NCBI GenBank assembly: GCA_002269645.1
Contig: NIVC01001493.1
Location: forward strand, 215,053-279,052
DNA from: Macrostomum lignano
Taxonomy: Eukaryota
Direction of reading: 5' to 3'
Length of the DNA: 64,000 bases
This document shows, piece after piece, positions 57,252 to 64,000 of this stretch (position 1 is its first letter; each line of letters opens with the position of its first letter). The notes below the pieces were generated by a model. The model was given only the letters and a program-made list of their open reading frames with translations, did not search any database and had not been told where the DNA came from. The translations under genes were made by a program, and so were the position numbers.

Positions 57252-58025
57252 ATAAGTTACAACCTAGCATAAACACATAAATACTTTGATACGGAAAGTA
57301 TTGATTCGATCTGACCTAAAATAGGTGCCAGCAAAAGAAAGAAAATATTCATAGCATTTTATATGTGCTTAAAAGTAAAACCAGATGGTAACAGATGGAA
57401 ATTACAGTTGTGCAGCTAGTTGATTATTATCAATGGGATAAGTAAAATATTACAAAAATTCTGTTGGCTTGAATTGGAGGTAGGAATACTGTATACAATA
57501 CCATTAGTATTTCATACTCGTATACTGGGGTTTAAGAAAATAAATCCCCCATTTCAGCCACATACAGCGGCATCACCTCCCACTAAGTTTCCGGCCCCTC
57601 CACCCCTCCTACACAGTTTTGAGCTAAATTACCCCTCCGGCCTCTATAACACCGAATTTTAAGCTGTACCTAATTCTAGGGTTCAAGAATGTAAACAATA
57701 AAGATAGAATCAATATAATCAGTCTCTAAAATAACTCCAGTTCATGAATGACCGATCGCCAGGCTTGTAGTAAACTCGTGAAACTGCGGATCCTAAAAGT
57801 AAAGATAAAATGGCAGTTGCGATCGAGTATGCATCGTAATATACTAATATTTAACTCACAATCTACAATCATGTCTGCGTGTTGAAGCTGAGAACATATA
57901 CAGGAAGAAATTGCAGAATTGCAGAATACAGGGAATACGAGAATCGAGATAGAAGGAAATCGGATTGATATAAAAAACCAGAGAAAGATATTTTTAGTAC
58001 TCACTTGCGACTCACGCGTCCTACA

Positions 58026-60053
58026 TCAGGCCTCCTCGGAGTCACCTGTCAGAGGAATGACAAAAAAATGGCTTGCTGGATCCCTGTCCGCTCCAGCAAG
58101 ATTGGCAAGCAGATTCGCAGGCAAAATCCAGCACTTTCGCTCAGGTGTGCCAGTTAGAACACCAGATGTCATCCTGTACAAGCCGATTCCCAGACGCAAA
58201 GATGGATATGGGTTGGCGTAGATGTTGTCAACTGGGTGTAAAATCCTGCCAGTGACTTGATTAGCTTCACTTACAGCTTCGATTAGGACGCATACTTTGT
58301 CGATTATGCAACAATTATCACCTCGCTTTGTGCTGAATTTCAACGGTGGAATTCGCTGCTCATTCAACAGAAGATCGCGAACTCTGAGCACCTGCTTAAC
58401 TGAATGCGCTGCCATGTGCCTTGTCACCTTTACGCGGCGCTTTACAGATCCAAGAAAGTTTTCGAAAGGGAAAGTCGAAAAGTTGTTTAAACTGCCTAGC
58501 TTTCGGACAAACTCATCCAAATGAAGAATAGTGTGAAGATTGAAACTTATAAACTTCTGGCCGTAAAGGTGGGCAGCCCGTTCAACAAAAACTTCAATGC
58601 AAGTTTTTGCCTGCGTCCACCACTTGGAGTACCTTTCGTTGGAGTATGCGTAAATGGCGAAATGGAGGTAAAGAAAGTGGTTATACCTTTCTTCATTTAA
58701 AATGCCTTTGAAGAGGACAGGTCCTAGGTACAGCAAGTACTGTCTGAATTCAGTAGCCTTCATGTGCTTCAGTTCCAAGTCGATTTTCCGGGGTCTTCGT
58801 TGAAAGTTTGAAGGTGTCCAACCGGCAGCCATAGTAATTCGGTCGCCCAATAGGCTCATCGGACCGGGATAGACGAGACACTTCTTGCCATTAGATTTGT
58901 CGAAAAATAGGTAAAATAGCTTCCTTGTGACTCCAAGGCATACGGCATGCTGGTAGTCAGGGGGAAAAGCATCGACAAAACTAATGTTAGGCAAATTTAG
59001 AAGGGGCGATAGAGCGATTTTTTTATTTTCCTGGTTAGACTCCTTTCCCTCTCGGTATTGTTGGCTGCTACGAGACTCCCCGACGCTCGTTGAAAATGTT
59101 ACTCTGTTGTCGGTATAAGGTCCAGTAGCCCTGCAGTACATGCAACCGACGTACGACATGTGCCCTTGAGTTACTGAGACCCAGGCTCGAGCAGGCGCAT
59201 CGCAAACAAATCGGATAGTCGAGAAGCTGATGCTTAAATTTTCGATAATTTTTATTGGACCCGTAAGAAAACGTTTAGCCTCGTCGCAAAATTGTCGAAG
59301 ATAATCATTCAGAGGTGGCTTGCCACAACCAGCCCATACGGCTACTGGAAAAGGTCTGCTGAATATGCTGGGAATAGACATAAGTATGGGCCAAAGACCG
59401 AAGTGGCTTGCTCGGTACAAAGGCAAGCCGTCAAAATTAACGATGGCTTCAATTTTGTAAACCTTCTCAGTTTCACTATCGTGTTGTAGATATTCTGGCT
59501 TCATGTGCAGCTGGTTTTTGCGAAACATTAGTTCTAGATTTTTCAGAATCGAAATGTAGCGAAAATGGCCTTTTCCCATGGGCTCCAATTTTTCCGTTGG
59601 ATCGCCAGCATTGATGACGGCCTCAATAGAGTTGACAGACTTCGGCGCAGGCAAGCCTATGTCTCTTAGACCATCAACAAGGAATTTTTTAGATCCACGA
59701 CTTAGGTTGAAACAAGAAAAGTAGACTACCAGCAAGGCGAATATTTTATCTTCTAAAGAGCGGTCATCCTCTTTCTTGTCAATCTCCTCATCTTCATCGC
59801 TGCAAACTCGCGCGAACTCGTCAAAATCAGGATAGCTGCCATTGTCGTTGTCAAGATCTGGATCCGTACCTTCATTGACTTCTGCTACAGAGGACTCCGA
59901 AGCGATGAAACCGGCGACTCTCCCAGAATCATCTGCTTCGAATACTTTTCTTTTTTTCTCTTGCAGTGCGATGTCTTCCAAAGCTTCTTGTTCTCCTTCC
60001 ATGAACAAGCCCAGCAAATCCTTATTTGCTTGTCGCCTCAATTGCCTTGTCAT
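58026..60053 (-). CDS. CACTA/EnSpm-type DDE transposase, intact single-exon ORF, 675 aa
   Basis: Motifs VNFDGLPLY (D1), LWPIL, FVCDAPARA (D2), GHMSYVGCMYC, FPPDYQHAVCLGV, MKATEFRQYLLYLGP, YGQKFISFNLHTILHL and FSTFPFENFLG (E) follow the motif order of animal EnSpm-like transposases. Confidence 0.9.
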   Translation of the reverse strand: MTRQLRRQANKDLLGLFMEGEQEALEDIALQEKKRKVFEADDSGRVAGFIASESSVAEVNEGTDPDLDNDNGSYPDFDEFARVCSDEDEEIDKKEDDRSLEDKIFALLVVYFSCFNLSRGSKKFLVDGLRDIGLPAPKSVNSIEAVINAGDPTEKLEPMGKGHFRYISILKNLELMFRKNQLHMKPEYLQHDSETEKVYKIEAIVNFDGLPLYRASHFGLWPILMSIPSIFSRPFPVAVWAGCGKPPLNDYLRQFCDEAKRFLTGPIKIIENLSISFSTIRFVCDAPARAWVSVTQGHMSYVGCMYCRATGPYTDNRVTFSTSVGESRSSQQYREGKESNQENKKIALSPLLNLPNISFVDAFPPDYQHAVCLGVTRKLFYLFFDKSNGKKCLVYPGPMSLLGDRITMAAGWTPSNFQRRPRKIDLELKHMKATEFRQYLLYLGPVLFKGILNEERYNHFLYLHFAIYAYSNERYSKWWTQAKTCIEVFVERAAHLYGQKFISFNLHTILHLDEFVRKLGSLNNFSTFPFENFLGSVKRRVKVTRHMAAHSVKQVLRVRDLLLNEQRIPPLKFSTKRGDNCCIIDKVCVLIEAVSEANQVTGRILHPVDNIYANPYPSLRLGIGLYRMTSGVLTGTPERKCWILPANLLANLAGADRDPASHFFVIPLTGDSEEA

Positions 60054-60417
60054 TGTTTTCGTCCGAATCAGACTTTGATGATAGTTGACTGTTGTAATAA
60101 TAATAAAGTAATTACTACGATTGCTTATTTCGTATTAAAGAAAGGATATGAACAAAAGCTGGGAAGAATTGAAAACTATTCCTTTGGGGGTTTGTGCGCG
60201 CTGATTGGACAGGTATGGATGCGGGGACGGTAGGGCCAATGAAATTGGAAAAGCCAGGGCGGCCTTTTTCATTCGAAGAACTATAGAAGACAATTGCTTC
60301 TAGAAGCAACCTAAACCACTGAATCATTAAATAAGCATAAACTATAGTGTGAGCTCCAAACTCTTGCTTTATTTGGTACTCAGTTTTGCACTAGCATAGT
60401 CTAGTCTGCATGCTACA

Positions 60418-63374
60418 ATGAAGTTTTTAGTGATCTTTAAAGACGACCGTCAAATTGTTGAGGTCTCGGAAAGCGAAGTGAAGCTTCCTGAAGGCTTTCA
60501 AAACCTTAAGGAAGAGGAATGGTTAGAAAAGAGGGACTCCACTGAGAAGTGGAAGTGTGAAGCCTTGTATGAAGGCTGTTTTTACTCTGCTCTAATTATT
60601 CAGGTAAGCAACCGATCCCAACGATTGAAATGTTAAAATTCTTGAATCGATCTAATATTTGTACGCTCATATTTTCTCATTAATTTAAAGGTAATACTAA
60701 GCAACAACCTAGAGCCTGGGAGCTTCCGCTTTGTGCGTGAATTGGTGGCCAAAAAGACCCGACTGAACCGAATTCTCGAGTTGGTTCAACCCAGAGTCTT
60801 TCAGGAGCGTGACATGAAGAAAGCACGAAGGCATTACCAGACTAAGGTAAAATTAAGCACAGCCCATATAATTTTTATCGAGAACTTTGTTTTCTCCGTT
60901 TTACCTTTTAAACTATTTTTAAGAAAAGGGAAGAAATTAAATGTGAAAATAATCTTTAAAACTGACATTAACTTGATAATTTCTCATGCCGTAACCATCC
61001 CAAACAGAATCTGTCAGACGGCTCAGCCACCGATTCCGAGGCAATCTTCGAAGATAAGAGCAGCCGCTGTTTGCAACCTCCAGCTTTGCTGCCTAAACAA
61101 CATCCGCCTACGATTGCACAGTTAGCGCCAATGCCTCCTATTAGTGATGATGAAGCAGAAGCTGGCGTAGACGCCGATATGGAAGCTGAGGCGGAAGCTG
61201 AGGCGGAAGCTGAAGTGGAAGCTGAGGCGGAAGCTGAAGTGGAAGCTGAGGCGGAAGCTGAAGCGGAAGATGAGGTGGAAGCTGAGATCGGAGCTGAGGT
61301 GGAAGCTGAGATGGGAGCTGAGGCGGAAGCTGAGGCGGAAGCTGAGGTGGAAGCTGAGATGGGAGCTGAGGTGGAAGCTGAGGCGGAAGCTGAAATAGAA
61401 GCTGAGTTCGTAGCAGATGATCGATCGACGATTCCTAAGTCGCCTCCCACCATTTCATCTTTTAATTTTGGTTCTGGCTTTCTTAGAAAACTAGAAGAGC
61501 AGATCCAAGCCGGTGTTAGCTTTGAGCTGGAAAGTCCAAGAGGCATCAAGTTTCTGTCCTTATATGCCCTACGCGAACTTACTATGCGCAAGAATGAATT
61601 GAAAGCATTAGAAAATAGTTTGACCAAACAAATCACCGCAATGCGCACTGAAGTGCAGAGCGTGCTACGCTTTTTGGAACCTGTTGGCGCTGACATTCCA
61701 ACTGATAATTCTGAGCCTTCATTCTGGCCGATCAACTCCTGGGAAAAATATGTGCAATTCGCTTCCAGTCCAAATGAACATATTTCTACTTTGGTAAGTT
61801 CATGACAGAGTTTTTTATTTTCTTTTCATTAGAAGAAATGCTCTAACTACTACTCAAAGCGCACTAGTACTATCACTGAAATAATAATCTATAAGTATTC
61901 TCACCTGTAAAAATCTAAACAGAAGAGCCTGCTACGTTCATGCAAGCGAGACAAGTGGTCCGATGCTTTAATGGCAATGCTTAACGAGAGCTTGTCGAAA
62001 GAGATGCAGGCGGTTATTAATTTAATCGGGTCAGACATGCGAAGCCGAGCTGTTGCTGCTGGAGTTGCGACCAACCTTACTGATGCGCAGCTTGGATTTC
62101 AGAGCACTCTGCTCAGCCATTTCCAAAGTAAGTCTACTTAATCAACGTTCAATGAGACTTTTAGAGCTAAATATCAAGAAATTAGTCGAGCACAGTGCAT
62201 GCTATTCATAGTAACTTTCAACTTTTTTCCTAACAGAAGCAATCACATTCATCTATGGCGCGACCGCTGAAGCCGGCAGGCCCTCTGAACAATCTGTAAG
62301 AAATACTTGCAGACAGCAGCTAAAGCATGGCGGTGACCGATTAAAGGGGCGGTCGCATCGCACAGGAAGCCAGCTGCTTTCCGGAGTCCAGACTCAAAGC
62401 CCCGCTTCTGACAGCGCCGTACAAAGACAGTCTCTGGTGGCAGCGACTCCAAGCCCGCTTCTGGCAGCGCCGTACAAAGACAGTCTCTGGTGGCAGCGAC
62501 TCAAAGTCCCGCTTCTGGCAGCGCCGTACAAAGACAGTCTCTGGTGGCAGCGACTCCAAGCCCCGCTTCTGGCAGCCGTACAAAGACAGTCTCTGGTGGC
62601 AGCGACTCAAAGTCCCGCTTCTGGCAGCGCCGTACAAAGACAGTCTCTGGTGGCAGCGACTCCAAGCCCCGCTTCTGGCAGCGCCGTACAAAGACAGTCT
62701 CTGGTGGCAGCGACTCCAAGCCCCGCTTCTGGCAGCGCGCGTAAAAGACAGTCTCTGGTGGCAGCGACTCCAAGCCCCGCTTCTGGCAGCGCCGTGCAAA
62801 GACAGTCTTGGTGGCAGCGACTCAAAGTCCCGCTTCTGGCAGCGCTGTGCAAAGACGATCTCTGGTGGCAGCGACTCAAAGTCCCGCTTCTGGCAGCGCC
62901 GTGCAAAGACGGTCTTTGGTGGCAGCGACTCAAAGTCCCGCTTCTGGCAGCGCCGTGCAAAGACACAGCCATTCATCTTCTTTTTCCCTAGTGAGTAAAA
63001 ACGTATCTAAACTGAATAATGAACGATGAATACTATGATTGCTAAGCATTAAATACTACTATCAGTAAGATAAAATGTGCATGCAGTAATTTTTTGTTTT
63101 CTTTCCAATGTCACAGACACCATCGCGACTATCAGCGGGAGAAGTGCCGCCAGCGGCGACAGCAAAGCCGAGCTCCCAATCCAGAAAGCGAGCGAGTATT
63201 CAGTTGGATTCTCAGCCTCGAAAGCGGAACAACCATCGCCCCCGTTCAGCAAAGTCAAAAACCAACTACCGCACTGACTGCTCTCTCGAATCTGATGACG
63301 AAACCGAATCAAGTGGATCAAACTGGTCCGAAGATCAGCGAGAGCTGGATGATGGACAATTTAAAATCTTCTAA
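60418..63374 (+). CDS. Transposon accessory gene (ORF2), spliced, with a DUF4806/BEN-like domain; exons 60418-60603, 60691-60846, 61008-61793, 61923-62127, 62237-62990, 63117-63374; frameshifts in the exon 5 repeat
   Basis: The first four introns are canonical GT-AG and in phase; the fifth is GT-AG but its phase is obscured by repeat indels. The protein contains an EA-repeat tract, a short coiled coil ([21 protein letters not shown]), [21 protein letters not shown]...LGFQSTLL and [21 protein letters not shown]. The domain assignment is by eye. Confidence 0.7.
61183..61402 (+). repeat. Coding (GAAGCTGAGGCG)n repeat giving an (EA)n acidic tract in ORF2
   Basis: Directly visible and in frame. 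Confidence 0.9.
62409..62963 (+). repeat. 54-bp (18-aa, [18 protein letters not shown]) tandem repeat, ~10 copies, in ORF2 exon 5
   Basis: Directly visible. Some copies carry 1-3 nt indels. Confidence 0.92.
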
Positions 63375-64000
63375 TTATGAGAGCACGTATTTTACGAGTA
63401 AATGCTGTCAAAATGATTTTAAAACTGACATTCTTTCAACACCTTTGTTGCCAAAAACTTAACTATTTTTCGTTCTAATATTGTGTTTTAATATCAGTTC
63501 CATTTAACTTCGCTAAATAAATTCAAATTTCATTACATTTAAGTTTCTTATTCGATTTCATTCATAGACTCAAACTAATTTTCTAAAGAACTGCAAAAAA
63601 ATTTACAAAAGGCAAACTTCGTAAGCAGGTAGCAGCAAGGTTGTTTAAATTTATAATGGAAGAGACAATTGCTTAAAAAAATCAGATAGCTCTGAAAATT
63701 ATTTGGAAATAAATTCAATTTTGAAACAACCAGAAAGCTAGGCTGCTGCCAGAGCAAAATATATCAGTAAAAGCCCTGCATACTACTGTTAGTAGAGTAA
63801 ACCAATTCTTGCCTTAATTTATTGGGCAGTCCACCGGGCGCCGGGTATAAGGCCGGCGCCCCGACTGGACAAAGAGTGCGCCCCGCTACCGGCCACAGGC
63901 CACCGGGCGCCGCGGTCTGCGCACCCTTGGGCGTACCAGAATTTCCCACTGGGTATAAACAAAAAGTCGTCACTCCGGCGGCGCGTCGGTTCTGCTGGCG

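Larger units (their letters stand above)
53330..63953. mobile_element. ~10.6 kb CACTA/EnSpm (CMC)-type DNA transposon in RBM5/10 intron 3
   Basis: Termini are CCCAGTGG (53330) and CCACTGGG (63953), each flanked by TA (2-bp TSD). GGCGTACC/GGCGCC subterminal motifs occur at both ends, including AGGCCGGCGCCCC at 53363 and 63850. It encloses a CACTA transposase and a divergent second gene. The boundary rests on an 8-bp TIR. Confidence 0.7.

Overview
This is repeat-rich animal genomic DNA with spliceosomal introns. The style is compatible with an invertebrate such as a free-living flatworm, but that assignment is inference only. Five conserved host genes can be rebuilt with canonical in-phase GT-AG introns: an HSD17B10-like SDR (5'-partial), a THIK-type K2P channel (KCNK12/13-like), GOSR1, an anoctamin/TMEM16, and an RBM5/10-like gene (3'-partial). 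There is also an intronless orphan coiled-coil gene with a Gly/Ala hydrophobic hairpin. Mobile DNA is abundant: a ~10.6 kb CACTA/EnSpm-type transposon with an intact transposase and a divergent spliced second gene inside an RBM5/10 intron; a decayed Ngaro/DIRS retroelement with a SAP-domain Gag inside an anoctamin intron; a 3.1 kb long-TIR element with a 9-bp TSD; LTR-like remnants; several MITEs and foldbacks; and more than 20 mini/microsatellites. The most unusual observation is a hAT-type MITE family (TIR CATACATGCGCAAC, 8-bp TSDs, 5 copies here). Every copy carries a ~50-65 nt piece of 28S rRNA helices 69-71, the R2/Pokey/I-PpoI target region, and the cleavage site is eroded in each. No CRISPR array and no complete rRNA or tRNA gene were found.
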